Shown here one piece after another: positions 24,840 to 38,250 of a stretch of DNA of 64,000 bases (positions are counted from its first letter, which is position 1; each line of letters starts with the position of its first letter). The notes beneath the pieces are model-generated. The model made no database searches and was not told the DNA's origin. It worked only from the letters and a program-made list of their open reading frames with translations. A program made the translations under genes and the position numbers. Source of the DNA: the human T2T-CHM13v2.0 reference genome, Homo sapiens; NCBI RefSeq assembly GCF_009914755.1, contig NC_060929.1; one strand, 5' to 3'.

Positions 24840-25320
24840 TTACTATTAAGAGTGAGCACTGAGCACACACCTGTGCCAGGCACTGTTCTAAGTGCTGCAC
24901 ATGTATAAGTTTTCCCTTAATTGTCACCACTATGATATGAAGCAGGTACTATTATTATCTCCATTTATAGATAAGAAAATTAAAGCACTGAGTGGTTAAC
25001 TAACTTACCCAAGGTCACACAGTCAGAGAAAGGCAGAGCTGGGGGATTGATGGTTGACTGATGGATTGATTTAGGAATAGCTACTTTTTTCAACATAGTA
25101 ATTCAATCTGCTGACCTTGAAACCATGGATTCAAATGCCAGCTCTATTCCTTACTATCAGATCATTTTAAACCAAGTTTCTCATAGTTAAAATAATAAAT
25201 TATAGCATCTAACCTCATAGGTATGTGGGAATATTATATGAGTTAACTCATGTAATAGTGTGAAACCTGGAATACTGGCTGGCACCAAGTAAGCAATATT
25301 ATTAATACTATTATTATTTC
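24840..25320. mobile_element. Two MIR copies in opposite orientation
   Basis: 'actgagcac...tgtgccaggcactgttctaagtgct...cccaaggtcacacag' (minus) then 'agtttctcat...aaaata...tggcaccaagtaagc' (plus). Confidence 0.7.
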
Positions 25321-28300
25321 TTCGTGTATAACTTAGGCAGAATGACTTGACAGCTTGTGTTCTAACTACCACCCTGTATTATCTTCCTTCTAGATTCCAT
25401 ATCCTCAGTTCCATAGCTGAATGGTTGACACACCTGAAGCAGTCGATAACATTTGATGAATAAATGAACGAATGAAAAGATACATGAACTGCTGAATGCA
25501 TTAGTAGAAGATAGAGAGGAGAATTAAGTCTTATCCTATATGTAGAGTTTGGAAGGGAAAACAAACATTTCTTAGGAAATGCCAATAATCACCTATGTTT
25601 AATATTGTTAATGAATCAGGAAATGTGCCTTCCTTCCAAGAAAAATGACCAGCTTATCTACACTACAGGAAACAACAGGCCTTTAGACCTCCTAAGCACC
25701 CCCCAAGCATGGGATCCCTCTCATACTTTCTGTTTGCTCCTTCATTTGCACCTAAACCCAGCCCAGTCTGTGCTGTGAATTTCATGGTCATAGCTTATGC
25801 CAGTAAAAAGCCTTTCATGCTCTGCTAATGTGGCATTTGTTTGGTAATATGTGGGAGAGAGCATTAAAAAGAAATCCAGAAACGGCATCTTATAAATTTG
25901 GATTTTCTGTTCTCATAATTTATAGGAGTTCATGTTAGAGAGCACTGTCTTATGCATAAATACAATTTCTTTGTGAGCTGATGATGGAATTTATATCAAA
26001 GGGGGTCGAACATATACTTCATGAACTCAGCATCCACTATTATAAGCTATTTCATGTATAACTGGAGATGAATGATCTCTCCCCCTGTTTGTCTTAACTT
26101 AAAATTCAGTTGGTTTGCTTGAATTCATTTCCAAGGCATGGAAGTGGGGGAAGGGAATTCAAGATTGATACAGCTTTAATATAATCAATTCTAAACATAT
26201 CTCTAGACAAATAATTTAAAAATCTATGCATCACAAAACACCTCTATTAATTTCAGAATACATAGTTTGGTGAATTTTTATGTGATTGTGGGTTTGTGTG
26301 TTTAAGGAGATTAAAAAAAAATCATCCTCTCTTTCCTTTCCCCTCAGAAAGAAATTTTAACAGGAATGTTTTGAAATAAAGTCCCACAAGGAAACAATCC
26401 CCCCAGATAATTCAACGGGGAGAAGTTCCCCTGAGGGCAGACCAAAACAAAATTCATAAAAATAATTGCTGTGCTGGGTTTCTGCTGTATTTTGGCTGGG
26501 CATAAGCAGAACAGCGGGGGCCTGTGCACATACTCACAGAAAACACACACACACACAAACACACAGAGTAAGTGTGTCCCTCCATGGAGCAGGCTTATGA
26601 CACTGTTGTGTGTAACTACCTGGCCAGACTCGGGTCTTTCTGGCAAGATGCAGTGATTTGGAGGCTGTAGCCAATATAAAATAACAATCAGGTCATTTAC
26701 AAGGTTCTGCCAAATATTAACCTTATATCCAATTCTCCCCCAACCTTTCAGAGTCTCTAATGTGAACCAGGCCAGCCCCCCCAATCATTTTACCATATTC
26801 TGGAATGGGGGTGGAGGCAGTAGGCAAGTTGGGGAACTCAGTACACACTTGTTAGAAATAAAATATTTTAAGGGTGTGTGTTTATACCAAGATAATGATG
26901 TAGTTTGTTGGCCTTTTTTTTTTTTAAGTGCCTGAAAGATTGTTTAATTGCCCTCTCTTTCCTTAGGGGAAACTCAAAGGTTAATCCGTCCAAGAAAGTG
27001 GGGTTTGCATTTGCCCTGAAGATAACAGAATTATTTGAGCTGTGGTCGAGGGTGTAGGAAACTGTGGTTTAAGGCCAGGTGGCTGAGAGTGTTTTGGCAG
27101 GGAGGATTGAAGTTATGGTTTTGTGTCTGTGTTGGGGAATTGCTTTGGACAGAATCATGCGGTACTGGGTTTAATGCTGCACTCAGGAGCATGCTCAGAC
27201 AGCTAATATTGTATTAATATTTATTATTAACATAGCTTCATAGTTATTTTTAGCACTTCAAAAGAGATCACTGATTTGTACCATAGCCTCTACTTCTCCA
27301 CTTCTCATTTTTTAAGCAACCACACTGGAGCCCCTCTTGTGTGCCAGACACTACGTCCTATTTAATCTACACAAGAGGTCGATACTGTCAATATCTCCAT
27401 TTTAGAAATAAGGAAAAGGAGGTTTCTTGGACTGGGAAATACCTCTCCCAGGTCAAGTGGCTACAGAATATAAAGCTAAAGGCAAGCCCCCTAACTTGGT
27501 CCATACTCCATTCTTCCCTCTTAAGAGAGCATAGCCCTCCATGCCTGGATCCATTCTGCAGACATTTCTAGTCTTTGCTTTCAAATGCCAGTGAAGCCAA
27601 TGGTACTGCACTAGTCTGAGCCATGTCATAGAGAACTTCTAAACTTCTCAAGCCAGCCATGATCACCAAGATTCAATGGATAAAATAATTCCTAAGTAAG
27701 CCCATCTGTCTGAAGCATAGATTGTATTCATTCTCTGTCCCTGCTGTATAAATTCTAGCCAAGTTTTCCTTCCCTCTCTAAAGGCCGATCATACCTTCCG
27801 ACTGAAGGCCTTGGAGAACTTAAATGCAATTTCTATGCTGAAATTAAGCCAGGTGAAGGTTTCAACAATAACAACAACAAAACTGGTCCCTCTGGGTCTT
27901 CTCTCAAAACTGTTGGTATCACTACTTCTTTGGAAGCAGAGGTGATATTTCTTGACAGCCAAGACACTATATCTTACAGTTAGTTAGTCTTCTTTGAATG
28001 TATTTCTTTTTTTGTGGAGTGGAGCCTAGGGAGGGGGGTGGGGCTCAAATTCTTTAGTGAATGGAGTGTTAGAATAAACAGCTCTGCATGAATGCTGGGA
28101 TAATGTTTTAAAGTGAGTACCAGCCAATGCAGTCAGGAGAAGCAGTTTTAACAGCAGGGCTGTTATTTTAACAATAGGTTACCAGATCCATTGGGCAATC
28201 TGACTAAAAGCCCATATTTATTTCCCTAATTTTATAAACATTTAATAGGTCCTTATTAAACACATCAGCCAGCATGATTTAATAACACAATCAGTCTAGA

Positions 28301-29349
28301 AGTTTAAGAAAATTGAAAACAGGATTTGAATGTAATGCAGCCACAATTACTGGAGATTATAGGGAATCATTCCCATATGTCTCCAGTGGAGAGCTGCTAA
28401 TCTCTGTTTGCGTGGAGGTGATTTCCTTTGGAACCCTGCCCAGCCTTCAACAGCACTAGGGCTGAACAAATTAGATTTGAAAGTCCCCAATTTTATGACT
28501 AAGGTAATACACTCTGTGTATTTAGAGAAACACTGAGTTCCTATTTTCACTGGCTCTCAAACGCTGGACAGAGACCTTGATTTCATTTAGTTTGGCTCCA
28601 CTTAGAATACGGTCATAGGTCTGAAGGGGTCAGCATATGTTTTTGTGTGACTTTCATAGGTATTCTAATTCCTCTCCACCCACAATGCTGAGGCGTTTGC
28701 ATCATGGCTTGGTGACGACAGATCTCAGGAATGTGCTGCAATTAGACCTGGAAGACAGCCGGCTTCTAGGGGCCTGGGGACCCGCACCTTCCTCTAATAA
28801 ACTTTTGCGCCTCCATCTCATTCCCCGTCCTCCGCTCATGGTACCCTCCGAGTGGCTTTTCTTATCCTGAGAGAATAGCAACCTGGGAAACTAGGCTTTG
28901 TTTTTCTCTTTCTTACGCAGCTTCTGGAAAAGGTGAACTCTGCAAAGAGACAGATTTTCTTGATTCTGGGTAAAGCAGCAAGGACCAGTAGGCTAAAGAT
29001 GAAAGTCTTGGGGGCTGCAATATTAGGAACAAACCCAAAAGCAGCATTTCTATTAGTATTAGCCTGAAATAGTGCTGGATGGTTTCCACCTTGATGTTTG
29101 CCTCCCATCCTGCCTCTTATTTTTGTAGAATGAGTGAAATATAGTAACAATGACTCCCAATTCTTGAACATTTACTGTGTGCCAGCACATTACGATACTG
29201 CCAGCTTTAAGCTTCACAATAACCCAATAAGATCAGTATTATCAACCACACCTTATAGAAAAAGAAACAGATTCTGTTGACTTTGGAACCTTCCTGTGGT
29301 CTCAGCAAAGCAAAGATTCAAACTCAGAGGGCATTGACTTAGAAGTTCC

Positions 29350-29855
29350 TTTTATATATATATATATATATATACTTTAAGTTCTGACATACATGTGCAG
29401 AATATGCAGGTTTGTTACATAGATATACACGTGCCATGGTGGTTTGCTGCACACATCAAACTGCCATCGACACTCAGTATTCCTCCTAATGCTATCACTC
29501 CCCTAGCCCCCCACCCGCCTACAGGCCCTGGTGTGCAATGTTCCCCTCCCTGTGTCCATGCGTTCTTATTATTCGACTCCCACTTATAAGTGAGGACATG
29601 TGGTGTTTGGTTTTCTGTTCCTGTGTTAGTTTGCTGAGAATGATGGTTTCCAGCTTCATCCATGCCCCTGCAAAGGACATGAACTCATCCTTCTTATGGC
29701 TGCATAGTATTCCATGATGTATACGTGCCACATTTTCTTTATCCAGTCTATCATTCATGGGCATTTGGGTTGGTTCCAAGTCTTCGCTATTGTGAATAGT
29801 ACTGCAATAAACATACGTTTGTGTGTGTCTTTATAAGAGAATGCTTTATAATCCT
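29350..29855 (-). mobile_element. L1PA7/8-like 3' fragment with (TA)n tail
   Basis: 'tactttaagttctg...acatgtgcagaat.tgcaggtttgttacatag.tatacacgtgccatggtggtttgctgc'. (TA)n at 29353-29374. Confidence 0.9.
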
Positions 29856-31122
29856 ATCCTTAATCGCTATTTGGAGTGTGTTTCTTCCAATAATGGTAAA
29901 GATAATGAGATGACAACAATGCCTTATGTGTGCATGAAAAGGAAGTGTACCTTTTCCTAGACATCTTTCCACTCAATTCAAGAGTTCTAGTTAGTTTCTT
30001 CCTGGTAACTTCCCTTACTGTGGTGCTTTTGGCTTTTGAAGATCCAGAAGCAACAAGAGGAGGAAGAGGTAAAGGGCTAGTGGAAGAAATCTGGGTAATT
30101 CTGAAGAGAAATGTTGAGCAGCTTGCAGAGAATGAGAGAAAATGCGATTTTACAGCTCTTGAGTTAAAACTTATTTATGATTTACCATGTACCCGGCACT
30201 GTTCTAAGCACCTGTCTTGTATTTCCCTTCATTTCAATCCTCCCAACAATTGTGTGAGGTAGTTCCATCTTAAAGTAATCCTACTTTACCCACATTAAGT
30301 AACTTTTTTAAAGTGACCCAGCTAGTAAGTGGCACAACCAGGATTTATGCCCAGACATTCTGGGTCTAGTGCCAACCCTCACCACTGTGCTAAGACATTG
30401 TGTATCAACTAGTCCTTCGCTTGGAGAAATGCAAGGAGGGAACTCATGTTGCTTTCAGGTTAGTTTTTGCTTGCTGAACTATATATATTTGACCTTCACT
30501 GAGCCCCTTGCCTGAAGCCCTCAGCAGGTTTATCTAAGCAGGTGGGATTAAAACCTTTAATTTATTGAGTTGACTTTACAACCTAAGCCCACATCCTCCT
30601 CCCCACCGCATGCACCCACCACAATCATATGTGTTCAACTCACAGTCACAAACATCTCCATTAACATATATTAAGGTTATATGTGCTGAGATTTAAAACA
30701 AAATGGAACCACTTTGAACCCTTTAGGCAAACAAGAACACCAGAAATCTCCATTCACCCTCCATCCTCGCCAAAGATTTGATGGTTCCCCTAAGGGCAGA
30801 ATATTTGAACACCCAGTCGTCAGTGTATACAGACTTTTGTTCATTTCTTTAACCTAGAGCAATCATTACTCAACTCTAGCATGTATAAGAATTTCTGTAG
30901 ATCATTGGATGCACTAAACAAAAGGGTACCCACTGAGTGTGATGGGTAAAGACAACTCTGCCTCCCCTGCTGATGCCAGGTGAGAGCATCCAGGTGAGAG
31001 CAACAGGTGAGTTGAGTCAGTGACCCACAATGCTTTGAGGCTTTTGAAGTGCCTCAACCACCTCCTTCTCAGTTACACCAACTCTGCGAGGTCACCAGTC
31101 CAGTTCCTGGCCCCAGGAGGCA

Positions 31123-31560
31123 TGTGAAAGTAAATTAAAATGGAGACCAGGACTGAAGAATCCCTGAGCAGACCAAGCCAGGTAGGCCTCATCAGTGAGT
31201 TTAACCCTCCTTGATTTGCAAGCATGAACAAAACTTAACTTGAGCTAGTTTTCTTGTAAATGCCTATATTAAAGAAAAATAGAACTTAAGCTCAACCAAT
31301 CAGGAGCAGCCAAAACACTTATCATTATATAAGTAGGGGCCTTCCAGCAAGAGAGACCAAATAAGGCAGCCGTATGACTATAACCAATCAAATATTTGCT
31401 TTGCTTTACTTCCAATTTTATCCTATAAAAACCTCCCTCTCGTGTTCCTCTGGTGGAGCTTCCGAGCCACTTCCAATTTGGAACTACCAGATTCATGAAT
31501 CACTGTTTGCACAACTCAACTCTTTCAAAATTTATTGTGCCTCAGTTTGCCTTTTTAGCA
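31123..31560 (+). mobile_element. ERV solo LTR (LTR47-like; family tentative)
   Basis: TG...CA termini, two CCAAT boxes (about 31295 and 31384), TATA 'cctataaaa' near 31422. Flanks ggca/ggtg are consistent with a CpG-decayed GGCG TSD. Confidence 0.8.
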
Positions 31561-31959
31561 GGTGTCATATTTCAAGCTCCGTTTCATCGAGGGCCTCATC
31601 TGAAGTCAAAATGTGCTGGACTCTAAAGAGAGCCTCAAAACTGCCCTGAAATCCAGTTTTTTCACATAGAGTAGCATCTTTTGTCATCATCCAACTTTTA
31701 CCATGAAAGGGTCAAATGGCTTCTAGAAGCCATTGAACACAGCAGCCTGATGATGTAACAACTTTTTAAAAGAAATTCAAATAAGTTCTGCTGAAATGTC
31801 TACAAAAAAATCCAACTAAATCAATATCAGATACGATTTTGTGCTTCTAAAAGACAATACCTTCTAGAATATCATCACATTCCATCACTAAATATTTTAT
31901 TTAATCAAAGTTTGTTGGTGTAGACTTTCTGCCAAATCCTCAGGGTGAATTCTAATTAC

Positions 31960-32670
31960 ACAGTGTAGCCAGGTGTTTACAGAGCATGACCTTTTTAGAG
32001 ACTGTCTGCCTGGCTTTGTAACCTTGCCCAGCCAACCACTAGCTTTGTGTCCATGGGCATGCTTACTTCATCTCTCTGTGCATCAGATTTCCCATCTCTA
32101 ATATGGGGACAATGACGGAATCTGCCTCTTGGTGTTGTCGTGAGTATTAAATCAGTTAATCTATGCAAAGTACTTGGAACAGTGCCTGGCACACATGAAG
32201 AGTTCAATCAGTGTTATCTCCTATAGTATCAAATGGGAAAATGCCTTAGTCAAGATGAGAGTCATTGAACAAGATATAAGTTTGTCTTCACAATAAATAA
32301 AATCAATTCAGCGGTATGTAGTGGACCAAGGATGGAGTTTTAGAGTCAGACAAACCTGAGTTTGCATTCTGGCTCTGCCTCTTTCTATAACTGTCATCCA
32401 TGTAACTGCTGGAGGCTTAATGAATGGCAACTGCATGAGGCAGCATGATAGTCAGATGTGTGAACTTCAGAGCCACTTCTGGATTCCAACCCTCTGTCAC
32501 TTAATACCTATCTGATTATGGAAGAGACATTCACACTTTCTGTACCTCAGTTTCCTCCTCTGAAATAATGAAACAATAAAGCCTGTGGGAGTTGTAGTGA
32601 AGGTTAAATGAGATATGTGTATAGTTCCTGATAGGTAATCAACACTCAATAAACTGTAAAAATGCTGCTG
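31960..32670 (+). mobile_element. Cluster of MIR copies
   Basis: MIR cores 'tctctgtgcatcagatttcccatctctaatatgggga' and 'tctgtacctcagtttcctcctctgaaat'. Confidence 0.7.
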
Positions 32671-32766
32671 TTAATCTTTTCCAAATCACATAGGTAGTGG
32701 TTACCTCCAAAGTCAGATCTCATGAGAGAGACAATTCTATTAAGTGTTCTAAAATACATGTAACAT

Positions 32767-33073
32767 GCCAGGTGCGGTGGTTCATGCCTGTAATCCCAGC
32801 ACTTTGGGAAGCTGAGGTGGGCGGATTACGAGGTCAGGAGATCGAGACCATCCTGGCTAATGTGGTGAAACCCCGTCTCTACTAAAAATATAAAAAATTA
32901 GCCACGCGTGGTGGTGGGTGCCTGTAGTCCCAGCTACACGGGAGGCTGAGGCAGGAGAATGGCCTCAGGAGAGTGAACCCGGGAGCTGGAGTTTGCAGTG
33001 AGCCAAGATCGCCCCACTGCACTCCAGCCTGGGCGACAGAGTGAGACTCCGTCTCAAAAAAAAAAAAAAAAAA
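32767..33073 (+). mobile_element. AluY with a small internal insertion
   Basis: AluY diagnostics. TSD aaaatacatgtaacat at 32751-32766 and 33074-33089. Confidence 0.95.
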
Positions 33074-33955
33074 AAAATACATGTAACATATAATGTACTA
33101 TCTTAGCCATTTTTATATATACAGTTCAGTGGTATTAAGTCATTCCCATTATTGTGCAGGCCTCACAACCATCCACCTTTAGAACTTTTCATCTTGGAAA
33201 ACTGAGACTGTCTACCCATTAAACAATAGCACCCCATGCCCCTTTCCCCAGCCACTGAAAGAAAAACCATTCTACTTTCTGTCTTTATCAATGTGTCTAC
33301 TCTAGGTACCTTATATAGGTAGACTCATACAATATTGGGTTTTTGTGACTCACTTATTTCACTTAGCATGATATCCTCAAGGTTCATCCATGTTGCAGCA
33401 TGCATCAGAATTTCTTTCCTCCTAAGGCTGAGTAATATTTTGTTGTATGTCTATACCACATTTTTTTAATCCATTCTTCTGTCAATGTACACTTGGGTTG
33501 CTTCTGTGTTTTAGCTATTGTGAGTAGTGTTGTTATAAAGATGAGTGTGTAAATATCTGTTCAAGGCCCTCATATCAATTATTTTGGGTATATACCCAGA
33601 AGTGGAATTGCTGGATCATATGGTAGCTCTACTTTTTATTTTTTGAGGACCTACCATACTGTTTTCCACAGCAGCTCCACCATTTTGCAATTCTGCTAAC
33701 AGAGCACAAGGGGCCAATTTCTCTGCATCTTTGTCAACACTTGTTATTATCTGGAGTTTTTTTGATAGTAGTATCCTAAAGGGTGTGAGCTAATGTCTCA
33801 TTATAGTTTTGATTTGCATTTCTCAAATGATTAACAATGTTTAGCTTTTTTTGTGCTTATTGGTCATTCATAAATCTTCTTTGGAGAAATGTCTATTCAA
33901 GTCCTTTGACCATTTTTTAGTTAGGTTGTTTATTCTTGTTGTTGCTGAGTTGTAG
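33074..33955 (-). mobile_element. L1MB 3' fragment
   Basis: 'tacagttcagtggtattaagt..attc.cattattgtgca...ccattctactttctgtct' 3'UTR followed by the ORF2 C-terminal region. Confidence 0.88.
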
Positions 33956-34309
33956 AGAAAGACATTTTTAAAGATACTCTCAGAGACTTATTTTATGAAA
34001 AATATTTTTTCTTTATTCCTCAGAAAAATAAAGGGAACATTCTTACTGGAGAGAAAAATAGGAACTATAAGGTTATTTTGTGATAAGGTACATATAAAAT
34101 GCCCCTTTCCCTAGGAATGGCTTACACAGAGGCCTCAGGTAAGGGACTGCAGGGAAGGCCTGCACCTCTTCCAGCCTAGCTCCAGCCCCAGCCCCAGTAC
34201 CCTGTGCCTGTAGGGCAGACACAAGCACTTCTGCCTTTTGGGGCCTGGCATATTAGGGTGTCCACTTAGGCCCCATTAAAAATGGCCACCCTAAAGTGAA
34301 AAAAGCCAG

Positions 34310-34678
34310 TGTCTTTGTTCATTTTTGTGCTTCTGTAATAAAATACCACAGACAGGGTAGGTTATACACAATAGAAATTTATTTCTCACAGTTCTGGAGG
34401 CTGTGAAGTCCAAGAACAACGCCCTGGCAAGTCATGTCTGGTGAAGGCTGCCCTCTGCTTCAAGATGGCACCTTGGATATTGTGTCCACACATGGCAGAA
34501 AGTGGAAGGGCAAAAAGGGCCTAGTCTAGTTCCCTCCAGCCCTTTTATTAATATAAGGCACTAATCCATTCATAAGGGCAGAGCCCTCAAGACTTAGTCA
34601 CTTCCCAAAAGGGCTTACCTCTTAATGGGGATTAAGTTTCAAAAAGAATTTTGGAGAGGACACATTCAAACCATAGCA
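34310..34678 (-). mobile_element. MST (MSTB/C-like) solo LTR inserted in an L1M 3' end
   Basis: 'atttatttctcacagttctggaggctg.gaagtccaaga...acattcaaaccatagca'. 5-bp TSD gccag/gcaag. Confidence 0.88.
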
Positions 34679-34960
34679 GCAAGTCTCAGAAGGACAAATA
34701 CTACATGATTCCACTTATATGAGGTATCTGAAATAGTCAAATTCATAAGAACAGAGAGAAGAATGGTGGTTGCCAGGGGCTGGAGGAGAGGACAACGTAG
34801 AGCTGCTGTTCAATGGGTATAAGGTTCCAGTTACGCAAGATGAATACCTTCTAGAGATCTGCTGTACAACATTGTCCCTATAGTTAACAATACTATGCTG
34901 TGCACTTAAAATCGTGTTCAGAGGGTAGATCTCATGTTAAGTATTCTCACCATAATAGTA
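34679..34960 (+). mobile_element. L1MA9/L1MB1-like 3' end
   Basis: 'gacaaatactacatgattccacttatatgaggta...tctagagatctgctgtacaacat...gtagatctcatgttaagt'. Confidence 0.85.
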
Positions 34961-35109
34961 ATAACAATAACATGGTTACCACTGGGGATTCTGGTACCTG
35001 GAATGGCAGCTGGCTTCTGGATGACTTCAGTGGAAAACCATGCTTCACGAGTTACTGGACACTGCTTTCTGAGCCTCCTTCCCCAGGCCACACCCACTCT
35101 ACAGCTTGA

Positions 35110-35419
<310 letters not shown>

Positions 35420-36809
35420 TAAAGCACTAATACTTCTCATAACATCCTATCACCTGAGAGAGTGAGCCCTGACACCCTCCCCTCTGAGTGTCCCCAGCTA
35501 ACTCTTCAGTGAAGACTGAGCTGCATCTCCAAATGCCACACTAAAATCCTGATTTGCCTGCCCAGTTCATCTCTGGGGTGAGAGACCAGGAGAAACAGAA
35601 GACGGTTTTTACTAGAACCTAAAAACCTCAGTTCCTTGGGCACTCTTGCTGCCTGTACCAGTGTCCCAAAACCCAGCGCCTCCCTGGCACCATCTCCAGC
35701 CTCCATCCTTGTGGAATGGTGGGATCTTCCTGCTTTGCCTTACCAGGTGGGTAACACTGAATTCCCTGCCTTTGGCCTTTTTCACTTAACATTATTTAAT
35801 TCCACTTTTACCCACAGCCTTCAGCCCTTAATTTAATATGCATTTACTCAACCACAGTCTGGGTGAACTTGCTAGGAAACAGAAAGGAAGGTCAAAATGT
35901 GAAGGGATGTGATGGATAAAAACCAATGGATAACTTTGATGAGGATGTGAGGCTGGGGGCCATCAAATGTTTAGCAGGAACCTGTGAAAATAACATTTCT
36001 GTGGTAATTCCTCCTAATATGCAGTGAACTGAGAACATTTCAGACATTTTATTTTCATGTCTTCTCTAATAATTGAAAAAATTTTAAAAAGCAAAATATC
36101 AGGGTCAAAATATTTCAGAGAGGTATTTTTTTTCACTTCTAGTTTGAAAGTAAATTGTTACTTTCTAAGCAAGCAAACAAAAAGGGCTTTTATGCATATC
36201 TGATTAGCTCATTTCCTTTGATTTTGGCGAGTGATGTCATTTGGGCCCAGCTGTTGGTATGCTGCAAATGATTTCCCTTCCTCATGTTTCAGCAAGTCAT
36301 TTCTGCCCCTAATGGAATTACTTTGACTGGAACCCAGCATTTTTCATGGTTCACCTCTCCTATCAGCTGATACCCAGGACTCCTCTGGAAAAAATGAGGA
36401 AAGGCTACAAAGGCATTTAAATGCCTAGCAAACAATAACTTCACGTAGACTCTTATCAAGCAGTTGTCTTTTTGAAATCTGTTTGTGTCCAATGCCTTAG
36501 CTCCTCAATTCATCCAGTAAAATAACAGTGAGAGTCTGAAGTAGATGAAGGGTCTAAATTAAAGGGCCCTGCATTTTCAGAAGCAGGCCTGGCTTGCCCC
36601 TTTCTGCCTCATGTGCTTACAGCAGAGCTGACGTATTAACCCAACAGGGAAGGTAACGGAGCCATAGAAAGAACGGGGTAGCACACAGGAGCGGTGGCTT
36701 TCAAATTCTTCAGACTCAAGTCCACATTTGAGTGCCACGCCTTGCTAGCTAAGTTTCTGGGCGTCTTTATACCCCAGTTTCTTACCGGTAAAAAGAAGCT
36801 ACTAAAAGT

Positions 36810-36945
36810 AAGCACAGATAGTGGGAGAGGCTGTGAATATGTGGGAACCAGGGGTTTATGAGGAACCTCTGCACATTTGCTCAGTTTTTCTGTGAACCTA
36901 AAGTTGCTCTAAAAAAATCATAAAATCTACCTTTTAAAAAAAAGC
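36810..36945 (+). mobile_element. Short L1MC-like 3' terminus inserted in a MIR
   Basis: 'gggagaggctgtg...ctcagtttttctgtgaacctaaa.ttgctctaaaaaa'. MIR halves lie on both sides (36680-37030). Confidence 0.7.
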
Positions 36946-37072
36946 AACAGGACAGAGGGTTGCTGTGAAAACTGGCCCTTAAAGTACTTAGAACTCTACG
37001 TAGCACAGTCATCATTATGTGCTGCTTCTAAACTGGTTATTAGATGTTCGGGCACGGGGTTATCTGCTAGAT

Positions 37073-37310
37073 CAATGCTTTTCAGCCTATGTACTCTTGA
37101 CATTTGGGCCATTTAATTTTGTTGGGAATAGGGATGTCTTGTGAACTATAGGATGCTTAGCAGTATCCTAGCATCCCTGGTCTCTCTACTCACTAGATGC
37201 CAGTAGCAACTTCAATTCCCTCCCAACCAGTAGTGAAAACTAAAGACATCTCCAGACATTGCCAAATGTCTCCTGAGGGGTATAATTGCCCTTGGTTGAC
37301 AATAACTATG
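37073..37310 (+). mobile_element. MER20
   Basis: 'gcatccctggtctct..actcactagatgccagtagca...tctccagacattgccaaatgtc'. Confidence 0.85.
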
Positions 37311-38077
37311 CTAGGTTAAAAGAAAAACAATAATCAGTGCATTCAACGGCTCCACTGAATAGAAACACTTCATGGTCCCGGTGAAACTCTCTTTTTGAGA
37401 ATTTTGCTTACTTGTTTCTCTAATTGTCAAGCGCTGCTTTCATCTGTTCAGACTGATCTCACAGCACACCTGGCTCACCTTAGCCCTGCCCCTGTTCTCC
37501 CACAGCTGGATGCACTGCCTTCCCTCTTCTGCTCTCTTCCTGTCTGAACACTTCCTAGCTTCGGCCTCCACCTCCTTCATTACTTCTTGAATACTTGAAG
37601 CCTTCGGAAGTCATCCTGTCTTCCCAGATTCTTAGTCTGCCACTCCATCTAGCAACTCATTTTACCTTGGCCCTGAGAGGATTGCCTGAGAGACTAGAGG
37701 TTTTAGAGCAGGAAAAGATGATACAAATCACGTAACCCAGCAGCCTCTAGGAGCAGATGAGGACGTTTGGATGTGGGAAGGCTACAGAACTTGTGTAAGG
37801 TCACAGTGCTGGTGATGTGGAGCTGGAATTATGACCTCTGCTTGGCAGCCGTCCCCCTGGAGTGGATGCTCCTGGGAGTTGGTCCCTGTGTCCAGCCTCT
37901 GTCTTCATACACAAATTATGTTTAGACAGGTTGGCCCATGCAGACTTATCAGTGGTTCAGAGATATCCAAAAGCTTTGTTCCTCTCATGGTGCTGAGTCT
38001 AAGAGATTTATCTTTCTTGCATCCCCTGCTTACACTAAACTTCCATTTAAGCTTAATAGCCAGAGAAGTGACTGTAA

Positions 38078-38250
38078 GCAGTTCTCCAACCTGAGCTTGC
38101 ATTAGAATCACCTGGAGGGCTTTTTGAACCATAGAGAGCTGGGCTCCACCCCTGGAGTTTCTGATTCTGTGAAGGTGGGGTGGGTCTGGGACTTTGCATT
38201 CCCAGGTGATGCTGATATTGCTAACCCTGAGATCTTATTGGGAGAGCCTG
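38078..38250. mobile_element. MER5A
   Basis: 'gcattagaatcacctggagggctt...gctgggctccacccctggagtttctgattc...cccaggtgatgctgat'. Confidence 0.85.

Noticed and set aside
26344-26784. 146-aa minus-strand ORF
   Set aside because: Non-ATG start, reads through a CA microsatellite, and no homology recognised.
28750-28855. Small CpG-enriched patch
   Set aside because: Too short and sparse to call a CpG island or promoter.
32960-32975. Insertion of about 9 bp in AluY (ctcaggaga)
   Set aside because: Looks like a private local duplication of caggaga. It is not the AluYb diagnostic insertion.
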